A DNA stretch of 64,000 nt. Origin: Octopus vulgaris. Lineage: Eukaryota. A program made the translations under genes and the position numbers. A model generated the notes under the pieces. That model was not told where the DNA came from. It ran no database searches and saw only the letters and a program-made list of their open reading frames with translations. Below, piece after piece: positions 1 to 12,322 of the stretch (position 1 is its first letter; every line of letters starts with the position of its first letter). The stretch is from positions 63,922,001 to 63,986,000 of the forward strand of contig OX597825.1 of NCBI GenBank assembly GCA_951406725.2, given 5' to 3'.

Positions 1-56
1 TATATACACATACAAAATATGATTCAATGTTAAAAATGAGGTATAGGTATGCCTGT

Positions 57-232
<176 letters not shown>

Positions 233-249
233 GATTTAGTAGATCATCT

Positions 250-995
250 ATATGTGTAAAAAAATAATTAAAACAACTGTATGGAACGTAACTATGTAAA
301 GAAAAGTGATAGCCGTCAACTAGATTTGTGTAGGAGTCTCAATAAAACCTGCATTACTAGAAGTAGGGGTTTAAATGCCATAACGCTGTTACAAAGCACG
401 CAACTCACGTAACTATACTCTGGGCTGCAATCACCCTGAAAACCGAACAGAGAATTCCTTAGACTGACCGGCCAGTGTTGCTATTTGCGTAGCTATCTTC
501 ACTAAGGCCAGATAGCTCGCCTATCAGAGTATATATATTAATCATAAAAATGTATGCATGAGTCAGCCTATTGCTTATATGTGTACAAAAATAATACAAA
601 GTTATTTGCAACGTTATACCGGAAAGGAAAATTATAGTCGTCAACTAAATTTGACCAATACTTACATTGCTAGAAATATAAGCTAAGATGCTCTCATGCT
701 GTTACAAAGGATATAACATATAATCTGTCATGGGCTGCAATCACCCCGACACCGAACCGATAATTTCTTATAGCCCAGAATCAACCGAACTCATTGGCCT
801 TACTGAAAATGGCTATGGAAATAGCTGAAACTGTACGGCCAGTCTAAGGAATTATCAGATTGATGGGTGTTTGAGGTGATTGTATCCCCTACGAGAGTAT
901 CTGTTATGCGCTTTGTAACAACATGGGAGCATTTTAGCTCCTATTTCTAGCAATGCAGGTGTTATTCACACACTTAATCAAGTTTAGTTGACGAC
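250..995. repeat. Three diverged copies of a ~200-bp unit: two direct (core ~312-518 and ~637-775) and one inverted (~790-995)
   Basis: Shared motifs GYCGTCAACTARATTTG, CATTRCTAGAA, GCTGTTACAAAG and TGGGCTGCAATCACCC in copies 1 and 2; their reverse complements (CAGTCTAAGGAATT, GGTGATTG, CTTTGTAACA, TTCTAGCAATG, TTTAGTTGACGAC) at 790-995. Confidence 0.8.
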
Positions 996-1013
996 TTACG
1001 TACATACAAATAT

Positions 1014-1140
1014 CACCGGGATCACCGTGACCGACTAGGCTATCAGATGTTGCTACACATCGCTGGTCACAATGCGCTTTGCATTGTCTTAGCCTTTAAA
1101 TGACGCCACCCTGCTGGCTAAGCGAGCAGGCCACATAGAA
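1014..1140 (-). mobile_element. Probable SINE 3'-tail fragment
   Basis: GC-richer 125-bp island between low-complexity tracts; resembles an alternative tail of the SINE family at 11931-12322 as I recall it from octopus DNA (not verifiable within this window). Confidence 0.4.
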
Positions 1141-1144
1141 ATAT

Positions 1145-1251
1145 ACATCTATCTATCTATCTATCTATCTATATATATATATATATATCCATCTACCTAT
1201 CTATCTATCTATATATATCTATATCTATATCTATCTATCTATCTATCTATC

Positions 1252-1296
<45 letters not shown>

Positions 1297-1314
1297 TGTG
1301 TGTGTGTGTATATA
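1145..1314. repeat. Compound microsatellite (TATC)n/(TA)n/(TG)n
   Basis: Directly visible. Confidence 0.95.
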
Positions 1315-1568
1315 CGTCTAAGCTCAAACACAAAAATATTTCGTCTATGTATAATCTTCCATTTAACTTGTACTTCCTTTTAACAGTTACAACAGCGAAA
1401 GCTCGTTGCGCCATTTTCTCTAAACTAGAATGTGTACTTTCCACGTTCATATTTGAATTTTTTGCGTTTCAATAATTTTTCCCTGATTTTACTCATTCTC
1501 AAATTTGATGAACATATAGTGGTGCGTAAGCCCATTCAAAAAAATTTCTAGTGAGACTCTTCATTGAT

Positions 1569-1618
1569 GTACCTGAAGTGACCCAGAACGGTTCGAAACA
1601 TGTGTTGTACCCAATAAA
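1569..1618 (+). ncRNA. Degenerate minimal hammerhead ribozyme motif followed by AATAAA (Penelope-like terminal repeat remnant)
   Basis: GTAC-CTGAAGT-GACC(cagaac)GGTT-C-GAAAC-ATGT-GTT-GTAC-ccAATAAA; core has A9->T. Confidence 0.5.
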
Positions 1619-1740
1619 GTCTATTACATATTCCATCTACTTTCTTAATTCTGTTACCCCAACCGCCACTACGAAGTTTCTGCAGTAAATCTACAGATAC
1701 CAACAGGTAATCAAATCTGTAACGGTGCTATACTCATCTT

Positions 1741-1892
1741 CCATCCTCAGAATGAAACATGGGAAATGTTCCGTTATAAAGGTTCTGTTACCCTACTCAA
1801 ACTCGTTATGCTGGCATAACGCTGACGAGTCTGAGTAGGGTAAGAAAACCTATGTAAATGGGCCTTTCACAGATGTATCGCTCTGAGGAGGG
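1741..1892. repeat. Foldback/palindromic element (MITE-like)
   Basis: 1788-1806 TTACCCTACTCAAACTCGT versus 1825-1843 ACGAGTCTGAGTAGGGTAA (18/19 inverted match); looser symmetry extends out to CCTCAGA / TCTGAGG. Confidence 0.75.
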
Positions 1893-2369
1893 GGATATTT
1901 CGCCTGAATTATAAAGGTCTTTGTAAAATTACCGCATTGTTAGAAGCTGTTTTATTTTCCCTTTTCTTTCTCTTCGTCGACACTTCAATGCTTCCAGCAA
2001 AAGACAATGCTCTTATTTCTTTTATATTTTCAATCTTTATTTTATGTAGGGCTTCTAACCGAAATGTCAAATTACTGTCACTTCCTTTGAAGCGCCGAAA
2101 TGATACAAATGTTAAAGCTTGTTCCACTTCTACTTTTCCTTCTATGTTCGTTGGTTGAATAATACATCTGTACACACACACACGCTTGCATACATATATA
2201 TTTATACGCACATATCCACACATAGAAACACACACACATACATGTGGATACAAACACACTTATGTGTGTGAGAATCACTATTTGCAGGACATTATTATAG
2301 ACTTCAATCTTGCACTGTATTCTCTGGTTTAATATTACTTTGCTCACAGATAAGTATATATCCTTCTAT

Positions 2370-2474
2370 CCGGCCATCTCCATCTCTATCTTACACTCCA
2401 TCTCTATCTTACTCTCCATCTCTATCTTACTCTCCATCTCTTTCTCTCTCTCTTTCTGCCCCTCTCTCTCTTTA

Positions 2475-2507
<33 letters not shown>

Positions 2508-2606
2508 CTTGAGAGAGAGAGAGAGAGATTGATATAGATATATATATATAAAATAGATATACATACACACATACACTCATACATACATACATACATACAT
2601 GCATGC

Positions 2607-2638
<32 letters not shown>

Positions 2639-2800
2639 CTCACACATGTTTGAATGCATGTATATATATGCACATATACATTCATACACATGCATATACT
2701 CGAGTAAAACATCTGCATATATATACATACAAATGCGAGAGTGTATGCCTGTGTTTGTGTACGTGTGTGTATGTGTGTTTGTACTCGTATATGTGTGCGT
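2370..2800. repeat. Low-complexity tract: CTCCATCTCTATCTTA-like 18-bp repeats, (TA)n, (GA)n, (TACA)n, (TG)n
   Basis: Directly visible. Confidence 0.9.
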
Positions 2801-4499
2801 GTACTAGTACGTTGAAATTAGTATAAGAAATAAGAGAAGCATTCTTGATTCATAGTACTGTAATTTCTCCTTTAATCCAATTAGCAGAAATACAAAAACA
2901 AAAATCTGTTCGGCTATGGAGATTCAAATAATTTTATGTGCTAGAATAAATCTCTATTCCTTAGACAAAAAATGGTGAATGGGAAATTGCTTTGTGGAGT
3001 AGTTAGCATCATTGAGTTTGTGATGCGTGTGAAATAGTAATGAAGGGTAACATAATAATATCTGTTAAGGAATAGAACACAAGCTGATAGTATCGATTTT
3101 GTCGTATTCTAGCAAACGTCTTTCTTAAAGAATCTCTCTTTTATTGGCAAAATTTCGAAAGTTTTCTTAACCTTCCTAAAGAGAATATTTGTGACAATCC
3201 ATCATTCCTGAAATGTGAATAAAAAAAAAAAGGTGGTTTCATTATTTTCTTTCAGGTCGTGTGATTTCAAATTCCAATTAGTCCTGAGCTTGTAATGCAA
3301 ACACGCGGTTTCTTGGTTTAATAGGAAATATTTGGATTATGCACAACCCATAGGGATTCAAAGAGTAAAAAATGAATATCTTTAAATAAACAAGAAACGC
3401 TGTGTTTCATCTTGATTTGGATTGAATATCCCTTGTGTTGAATCATTGAATAATTTCTAAACTTTATTTTGAAATGTTCAACTTGACAATAGAGATAATC
3501 TAATGAGAGATGGTTTCATAATATTTGTTGTTGATAGTGATCTTCAGAAATATTAAACTACCTGGGTCATGATAATCTTAATAGATATTATGCAGAGTCT
3601 CGTGACTTAAAATCTATACAATGAAAACAAATGGAAAGACAATGCCATACAAGTAACTTATTGAAACTGAATTGTAGCATAATTTATATTAGAATATTAA
3701 CAATACTGATAATATTAAAAATATGAGAAAAATATATCGGTATTATTCTTTTCTTAAGATTGATGACAAATACAGCAGCAATAGCTGTATAACATGAAGA
3801 TATTTATTCTCCGGCGGAATTTCAGGACAATAAGAAATGGCATGTGACACGAATTTTCAATCATAAAGTTGAAGGTAAATTTTAACGTTGTATAAACTTA
3901 CAAGTGAAAAATGGTATCTTGCATAAATTTCTAGGAAAGGGGCCAAGTTCTGGCTTCAAGTCAAATCCTACTAATCATGTGCACCCAGTACAACATGAAT
4001 AAGGCTATAACATAAACAAACACAGAATTATGACTGCTTCTAATCATGAGTGCTTCTAATTATAGGTTAGTTCCCCTTATGCGATAAATCACCAAAACAT
4101 AATCAGTAGTCACGGCAGACATGTTCAAATTATAACTTTAGTGCATCAATGTGACGTGACCATATCGTATTCAGCGCAACGCATTTTTTATTTCTCTTCC
4201 ACATAAAACCAGTAACATACAAACATTATACTGCGTCATTTCAGCTAACGTATCAATGCTTTACTATGCATCAAGAGCTAAACCTCTTTGAAATGTTGTG
4301 GTATTTTTGTGGATAGTAACTCTACATAAATTGTTTTTAATATGTTACCCAAGCTTATATTTGTAGTAAAGATTGTTTGCCAACATAACATAGTAGTCCC
4401 GGTCTTGGACGAATGTTGCTGTAATTTAGCCCCAGGAGACATCGTCCCCAGGAGACATCGTCCCCAGCTGGCTCTACGACACGATCTCTGTCTGTACAT

Positions 4500-4810
4500 T
4501 TTCGAACAAGAAAATCTAGCAAGTGTGAAGGAATACAAAAGTGATGAGTTTCAGAAGCTTGATAGAGGAGGATAATAGTTGATTTTGTAGACAGTGCAGA
4601 TCGCATTTCGGAACATTTCTGTTAATAAAGGAAGCACTTGACGTGTGTTCAAACCTCAATTATACATCTGGCGAAAACAGTCCTTCAAAACTGTATGTAA
4701 TGATGCAATGGCCCTTAAAGAAGAATAAAACTTTTATTGCTCAATAACTCAATTATAGCCGTATGTCATCCTTCGAAAACTACACAAGAAAATCACTCCA
4801 ACGCAAACAC
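4500..4810 (+). pseudogene. Possible highly decayed hAT transposase C-terminal (dimerisation) fragment
   Basis: Frame-shifted pieces VQIAFR/TFLLIKEA, NYTSGENSPSKL and VILRKL echo the hAT motif VEIALRIFL...NCSGERSFSKL...DILRKL. Confidence 0.3.
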
Positions 4811-5906
4811 AGCATTCTTATTTGTGACATCAGTCCAAAAAGAAGATTGCTGTAACTAAACACCAATGAAAAATATGCAACACTTTTTAACAGCGACATT
4901 AGTTTCCACATTTATTTTAACCGTTCAAGACCTGGCACCATTGATAGATACAGGAATAGTGGATAATAAGATGTGTAACTATGTTGTGTATGCCTTGTGT
5001 GTGCGTTCGTGAAATGATATCTCATATGAAAATAACATATTTAAAGAATAAAAATATTTCAGATGCAGACAACCATCATCTTACCAGCGGTGTATGACAA
5101 TACTAGAGAGGTTCTTTCCCCGCTGGACTTTGTCAGTAGCGTGTACTTCAGGCTATTGCATACCAAAACAAAGAATGGCACGAAAGATATAGGAGAGTTG
5201 TAAATAAACATTCATTGTTGTTGCAAATAGCTGGCAACGGAATAAAAAACTTACCACGATCAATTTAATATAATACTGCTTGTCTAACAGGAAGATAATA
5301 TTTTAGTGTGTGTTTTTGAGAGCAAGATCCAAGGAACAAGGTGTAGGAAGGTAGTAAACATCTGTACAAGGTGTAAAAAGGAACAACATGGATTTATTGA
5401 TATAAACGGTTGTAATTTCATCCCGTATGGAAGTTCGACAAGCTGAAAAAATGTGGTTAGCATCATAGTTCGCCGCAGGGTTTGCTGTATATGTAAACAG
5501 AAATCCAAAATGAAGGAATAGAGTAGATAAATATTCAGACTATATATGTTTTGTAATTAAGAAAACATCGAATGTACTAATTATCCAAACGAGGTGTAAT
5601 CCGCTACCTATTCGTCGGGCTGAAGATACCTTAATGAAAATAAGTTAATATCGTTGTCAAGATAACCCATGTTGACTTGCGAAGATTCGACTGAAAATGC
5701 TTGGAAAGCATATAGATTTTAAAAAAAGAGCATGAGTGGAGACGTAATTTACAGGATTTGATAAATGAAAAGAATAATAATACGAACAGGGAATGGAAAG
5801 GGGGGCGATTAGAAGGCAAATTTGGTATTACTGAGGCTAGCCAGGGGAATGTCTTTGTGAATTTAGGCTGGGGTCATTCACGGGTCTACTGTAGAATAAA
5901 AATGTG

Positions 5907-7190
5907 TTGGGTTGGCAACTAAGTTCCCACCGTTTTTTTAAAGTTATTTTGGAATTTATTGCGCTTTTCAATTTTGGAATCTATTGTTTTCCAGAATTCT
6001 ATGTTTGAATCATTTTGGAATCTTTTTTATATTTTTCTAGTTAATTTTAGTTAATTTTTGTTTATTTTCAGATCATTAAAATGGAATGTCAAGTTGAGAA
6101 AATCGAGCATTTTCGACACCCCCTACTTTTTGCTATTAATCAAGGTTCTAAGGCCGCAAAAGCTGCTCGCGACTTTAGTGCCATAGTGCCATAGCTGACA
6201 GAACAGGTCATGATTGGTATGCCAAGTTCAAAAATAGAAATTTTGACCTCAAAGACGCACATCGTTCTGGCTGTCCAGTTGAGTTCGATGAAGAGTGATT
6301 AAACCAACTTTTGCACGAAAATTCTCGTCAAAAAACAAGGGAATTGGCAGAGAAAATGGAATGCTCCCACACTGCTATAGAGAAGCATCTTCACTCGATG
6401 GGAAAGGATCAGAAGTATGGGACATGGGTTCCGTATGCTTTAAGTGACAACAACAAAAATGAACGACCCACAATCGCCGCCGGATTGCTTGCTCTTCACT
6501 GCTCAACTCATGGACAAAAGCAACGATTTCTTTACCTAATCGTTAATGGCGACGAAAAATGCTGCCTGTACCTCAATATGAAGCAGCGTAAGGAATGGCT
6601 TAGCCCCGGTAAGCAAGCGACACTGCGCGTGAAACAAGATCTTCATCCGTACAAAACGAGGCTGTGCAAATGATGGGACTGGGAAAGGATTATCTATTAC
6701 GAATTGTTTGAACGCAACCACATGGTCAACGCAGAACTCTATATTCAAGTGATGGAACGATTCAACGCGACTATTCAAGAGAACAGACCTAATGGTCAGC
6801 ATGGAGTTTTGCTGCACGACAACGTCCGCCCTCATATCGCCAATATGATCAAGGAAGCCATTCAAACGCATGGCTGGGAAGTGCTGCAACACCTACCGCA
6901 CTCTCCTTATTTGGCACCAACGGATTTCTACCTCTTTCGATTTCTTTCAAATGCTATGCACAGAGTTTCGTTCAATACTGATGCAGAATTCAGAGCTTGG
7001 TTTGACGAAATTTTCGAGTCGAAAGCGTGTGATTTCTACCAACGAGGTATTGAATACCCTCGTGAACGTTAGGAAGAAGTTGTAAACAGCAAGGGTGAAT
7101 ACACTATTCATTAATTAGTTGTTATTTTTTATTAAACCTTTGCAAAAATAAAAATTTTAAAAAATGGCGGCTACTTAGTTGCCAACCTAT
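5907..7190 (+). mobile_element. Full-length mariner transposon (DD34D, 1284 bp), inactive
   Basis: TIRs TTGGGTTGGCAACTAAGTTCCCACCGTTTTT (from 5907) and AAAAATGGCGGCTACTTAGTTGCCAACCTAT (to 7190); TA on the right, TG on the left; encloses a transposase. Confidence 0.95.
6081..7114 (+). pseudogene. Mariner transposase pseudogene (stops and frameshifts)
   Basis: MECQVEKIEHFRHPLLF start; WVPYAL (WVPHEL motif), GDEK, HDN and HSPYLAPTDF (YSPDLAPSDY motif); 34 residues between the second and third catalytic Asp; split over ORFs 6311-6673 and 6704-7072. Confidence 0.95.
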
Positions 7191-7283
7191 TAAATATATT
7201 GTTGTTTATTTCAAGGAGACAGAAGATGTAGGAGTGGTGTTATATTAAGAGATCAAGGAGAGGGAAGTGGGAGATAATAATTC

Positions 7284-7517
<234 letters not shown>

Positions 7518-8089
7518 CAATTTAGGTTCAGTAAACTGAATCAGTTTAAGTTACACTATAACGTTCGTAGATTTGGTTACATTAAAGTAAACTGGTTTAT
7601 ATTGTCTGCTATGAAAAAACTACACTATGAATAATTCTTGTGTTTTCTTTGTTTTTTTTGTTTTTTTTTTTTGAAAATGAATTTTCTTTCAGTCACATGT
7701 TGGGGGAAAATTCTAAAGTTGTTTCCAGACATTGAAATAAAGATATAAGTACATACTTTTCTCTGTCTTCTTTTTGTTATTTCATTTCCATTTGATTACC
7801 CTGTGAATATGACAAGTCTAACTTTTTTCCACGAACTTATCTCTCTTCCTCTCTCACTGTCTCTCTGTTTCTTGCTCTGTGTATGCACACACACACACAC
7901 ACACACATGCGCGTACACGCACACATGCTCATACACATATATTCACATATTTATACATACATTTGCTTCTATGTATTAGTAGCTGAATAAAAATATCCGT
8001 ATGCGTATGTGTGTGAGTGTATTTAATGTAAAATGTATGTTGATAATATTTTTTCAAACAATGATATTCTTAACGAATTTATGATAATG

Positions 8090-8121
8090 TTCACACACAC
8101 ACACAAACACACACACACACA

Positions 8122-8153
<32 letters not shown>

Positions 8154-8250
8154 AACACACACATATATATAATTCGTATTCACACACAATCATGTGCGTG
8201 CGCATGTGCGTGTTTGCGTGTGTGCGTACGCGCATTTGCTTGTATGTATG
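8090..8250. repeat. (CA)n/(CT)n/(TG)-rich microsatellite cluster
   Basis: Directly visible. Confidence 0.9.
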
Positions 8251-8966
8251 ACTGCATGATTGTTTGCATGTATGCCTGATTACGTGATTGAGTGTACATA
8301 GATATCTACGTCTATATGCCTGTATCTAAAATTAACTCGCAAATCAACGCAGCATTTTTGAAGTAATGCCATGTGAAAGGTTATCGATGCCATAAGGCTT
8401 AGATGCTAAGTACAAAATATTACCGGATATTACTTTTACACTGAGCGGAAATCCTCTAACTATATTATGATCTCAATTTCAATAGCTTTTAACCTGCTTC
8501 AGTCTCATACTGCGTTTCCGGACAGAACATTTTCATTACAAAAACATCAACAGATTGATAGGTTCATACATTTCCTGTCCTTCGCTAACCATAGTTTGCA
8601 GCGATGAAATCTCTTCAGCTCTCTTTAAACTAGGATGTCAGTGAGTTGGTTAAAGAAATTAGATAAGGAAATTGTTGATGATTTAATCAATTTCCATACT
8701 TTAAGCAATATTCACCAACGCTGCTCGCTGTGCGGCTTGTTATTGAAATATTTTACTAAGGTCATATGGACGATATGTTCTTGTCTATATTCTTGAATTG
8801 TCTCTTTAGTATTAATGGGATTGGGAATGTTCTGTCGCTATCTACACTACGGATCATTAGTCGATTATCATAGCAGTGATACAGAGTCATATCGGAGTGA
8901 TGATATCCCCTTTACAAGACCTACAAACAAAATAACATACAATAAGTTAAGTGTTTTAAAATATAG

Positions 8967-9157
8967 TTTCTAATTTCACTATTTCCCACAAGGGGGTAAA
9001 CATAGAGGGGGTAAGCAAGGACAAACAAAGGGATTGAGTCGATTACATCGACCCCAGTGCGTAAGTGGTACTTGATTTATTCACCCCGAAAGGATGAAAG
9101 GCAAAGTCGACCTTGGCGGAATTTGAATTCAGAACGTAACGGAAGACGAAATACCTA
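8967..9157 (-). mobile_element. SINE family D copy (5'-truncated)
   Basis: Minus strand reads TTCAAATTCCGCCAAGGTCGACTTTGCCTTTCATCCTTTCGGGG...AAGTACC...CTGGGGTCGATGTAATCGAC; homologous to 28155-28565, 47600-47750 and 53829-54040. Confidence 0.85.
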
Positions 9158-9344
9158 CGGTTGCAAGTAGCAATAAAAGGACTTTGAGACCCCAAAACAA
9201 AGCAAAAAACTTACTGTTTAACCAAGTGAAACAATCGATTAGTCAATTGGATATTTAACTGATTGGCCAATAATAAAGAAGTGGGATTGAACCAGTGGTT
9301 GCGTTAATAGTATTGGCATAATATCTCTCCCTAGAAAAAACTAG

Positions 9345-9348
9345 ATAT

Positions 9349-9420
<72 letters not shown>

Positions 9421-9437
9421 ATATGTATATATATATA

Positions 9438-9491
<54 letters not shown>

Positions 9492-9552
9492 GTGTGTGTG
9501 TGTATGTATGAATGTATGTATATATGTATGTATGGATATATATATATATATA
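9345..9552. repeat. (TA)n/(TG)n microsatellite
   Basis: Directly visible. Confidence 0.95.
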
Positions 9553-9935
9553 CTAGCAGTATCGCCCGGCGTTGCTCGGGTTTGTAAGGGAAATAACTAT
9601 AAAGCATTTTTAGATAGTTATAGCCAAAATATAGCAAAAAAATGGGAAAAAAATGATGGTAAATTTTTTTTAGAGTTAAAAAGGTGGAGTTGCGTCCCCT
9701 AGACAGTCTGTGGTTTGTGTTTCTGATTCTCGACCACATGTCGAATTTATCGATTTTTTTCAGAACTGGGGGAACTTTTCAAAATTTTCGCTGCGTTAGT
9801 TTTGAATTATGACATTGGGCTATGTGTGTGTCAAGTTTCATCAGAATCGATTGAAAGCCGTGGTCAGAGTGAGGGTACAAGCAAACAGACACACAGAAAC
9901 ACACACAGACAAACTGCCGTTTATATATAGAGAGA
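9553..9935 (-). mobile_element. Complete non-autonomous Helitron (383 bp)
   Basis: Minus strand begins TC (TCTCTCTATATATAAACGG), ends with hairpin CCCGAGCAACGCCGGG then CGATACTG-CTAG; inserted between A and T with no TSD. Confidence 0.85.
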
Positions 9936-10398
9936 TGTATGTATGTATGTATTGCTCTTGATTGTTCATGCGATGTGAGTTTATCGAGTATCTCAGATAA
10001 AAATTTGTTCAGAGGTCCCTTGAATACTAACACCTCACGAATCTCTGAGTTTGCTTGAAAGAATTTTTTATAATTATGAGCCCTTAAAGCCCAATCTCTG
10101 CAGCAGTGGGCCCATTTTCTAGATGGAGAAAACAGGATCTTTGGTGTTCTACAGTGACGTCATTTCAGTGGTTCGTGTAGATTTCAGTTCCAAAGTTGGG
10201 TGCTAGACCTTCTAGTATCTTCTATATGTATATCACCGCACACCTTTTACAAATTATCTCTAGGGAGTAGAACTTTAGATCCTTTAGCCTCTGCCAGTAG
10301 TTCATCTGTTTCACTAAGTAAATATTCTTTGTGTAGTTGCGCTGAATTGCCTCAAATTCCTCCACCTGTTTGATGGTCTGCTATGACAGATGGGGGCA

Positions 10399-10463
<65 letters not shown>

Positions 10464-10464
10464 T

Positions 10465-10650
10465 ATATATATTATATAAAATTCGTTCTGTGTGTGTGTG
10501 TGGCTGCTAAGATTTCTGAAACCCTCCATACGATTGCGCTCAAATTTTATATGTAGATACCGAATGGTATCAGGGCGTGTATAAGTCTTGAAAAAATTAC
10601 TAAAATGGATTCCAGGTGAGAATATTATCGCTAAAGCCGTGGGGAATCGT
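10465..10650 (+). mobile_element. Possible 5' end of a second non-autonomous Helitron-like element
   Basis: TATATAAAA-(TG)n-...CGATTGCGCTCAAATTT layout parallels the 5' end of 9553-9935; no 3' hairpin/CTAG found. Confidence 0.35.
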
Positions 10651-10870
10651 TTTTCTTTGGAATAGAATAAAGTCTATCTTTATTTCTTCTTTTGCTGGTG
10701 TCTCAAATTTAGGTTAAATCAATGTTTCTCAAAGGGGAGGCCTATGGGACGATCAGACAAGTTGTTTTGAGAAAATGTGGTTTAAATGTTTGGCAACTCA
10801 GCACCGTCGATTGCTCGGGAGGAGGGGGCGTTTTTCTCGTATATATATATGTATATATATGTGTGTGTGT

Positions 10871-11013
10871 GTCGGGCTTCTTTTAGTTTCCATCTAACAA
10901 ATCTATCACAAGACTTCAGTGGCTCCAGGGCTATAGTACCATGAATTGGAACTGAACACGAAACCATGCGGTTGGAAAAACAAGCTTCTTACCAGACAGC
11001 TATACCTTCACCT
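10871..11013 (-). mobile_element. SINE family C, decayed 5' module
   Basis: Reverse complement of the family C head (GCTGTCTGGTAAGAAGCTTG...GTTCAGTTCC...CTATAGCC...GAAACTAAAAGAAGCCCG). Confidence 0.75.
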
Positions 11014-11930
11014 CTGTTTAAAATATCACTTGTTTTCTTCCTCTGAGACAGTCGTATTGATATGACTTGGATGAAACAACAGTGATCTACATTTTATCAC
11101 AAAATAAGAAGTGGAGAAAAATTATTGACTGGAGATAATAATTTAGCAATAGCTATATGAATTCGAGGAGCCCCAAACTTTGAAGTATAATAGCGGGAAC
11201 TTTTTGCGACTTTGGCGTTTTTCTGAACCAATATCGAATCGCAATTTGAACTGTGTACGAGCATATTCTAGCTTCAGAACTTTCGCTTCGCCTTGATTTT
11301 CATTGCACGAACGTTATTAATATTTTTACGGAGAGAAATATTTGATAATATGCAATATAGTACATAATGGTAATTTAATTTATCAAGCAGTGTCATAAAA
11401 ATATATTCAATCAGTTTCAGATAAATTAATTACGAATATACGAAACAGGTTATAATTCATTAATACTTCCGATTTAGAATCTAATTGATGATCTGCATAA
11501 AATTTATAAAGCAGTTACAGGTATGCATTTCACAGAAACCAATACCGGAAAGTCAAATACTAGAGAATAGAGAATAAGGAGATACAATATAATCGAGGCA
11601 AAGCAATTTTTAAATAATAAAGATAGTAAAGTGAATAGTACTTTTAAAATGAGTAGTACTCTCGCTTTGTTCTAATGCTGATTGATTTAAAACGAATTCG
11701 TAAAAGTAGCATATAAAATTGTTTAAGTGGAATGCAAAGATACGTTTTCATTTTTTTTTTTTTTTTTTTACATTAATTAATTTGCTTTGCAACAATATCT
11801 CTCTGGTTTTGAACAATCCATCGCATGCGTACTTTTGTTTTCAGATCATTTTATAAGCTGCAAACGCACTCACGCACACACGTTCATAAGTATATTACTG
11901 TCAGAAACACACGCACACACAGGCATATGT

Positions 11931-12322
11931 GGATGGATGGAAGCACTCCGTCGGTTACGACGATGAGGGTTCCGGTTGATCCGATCAACGGAACAGCCTG
12001 CTCGTGAAATTAACGTGTAAGTGGCTGAGCACTCCACAGACACGTGCACCCTTAACGTAGTTCTCGGGGATATTCAGCGTGACACAGAGAGTGACAAGGC
12101 CGGCCCCTTGCAATACAGGTACAACAGAAACAGGAAGTAAGAGTGAGAGAAAGTTGTGGTGAAAGAGTACAGCAGGGATCACCACCATCCCCTGCCGGAG
12201 CCTCGTGGAGCTTTTAGGTGTTTTCGCTCAATAAACACTCACAACGCCCGGTCTGGGAATCGAAACCGCGATCCTATGACCGCGAGTCCGCTGCCCTAAC
12301 CACTGGGCCATTGCGCATCCAC
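11931..12322 (-). mobile_element. tRNA-derived SINE family A, full length with TSD
   Basis: A-box TGGCCCAGTGG and B-box GGTTTCGATTCCC on minus strand; (CCAT)n tail; TSD CAGGCATATGT/CATGCATATGT at 11920-11930 and 12323-12333; head/body shared with 62652-62957. Confidence 0.92.

Noticed and set aside
1822-1850. CTGACGAGTC...GAAAA as a hammerhead
   Set aside because: Stem II cannot close before GAAA; the sequence is explained by the palindrome arm.
3240-3290. Splice-acceptor-like TTTTCTTTCAG
   Set aside because: No convincing open exon or donor follows; such motifs are common in AT-rich DNA.
12250-12322. tRNA gene (also at 23270-23348 and 62885-62957)
   Set aside because: A and B boxes are present but they run into SINE bodies with tails and TSDs; no proper cloverleaf.
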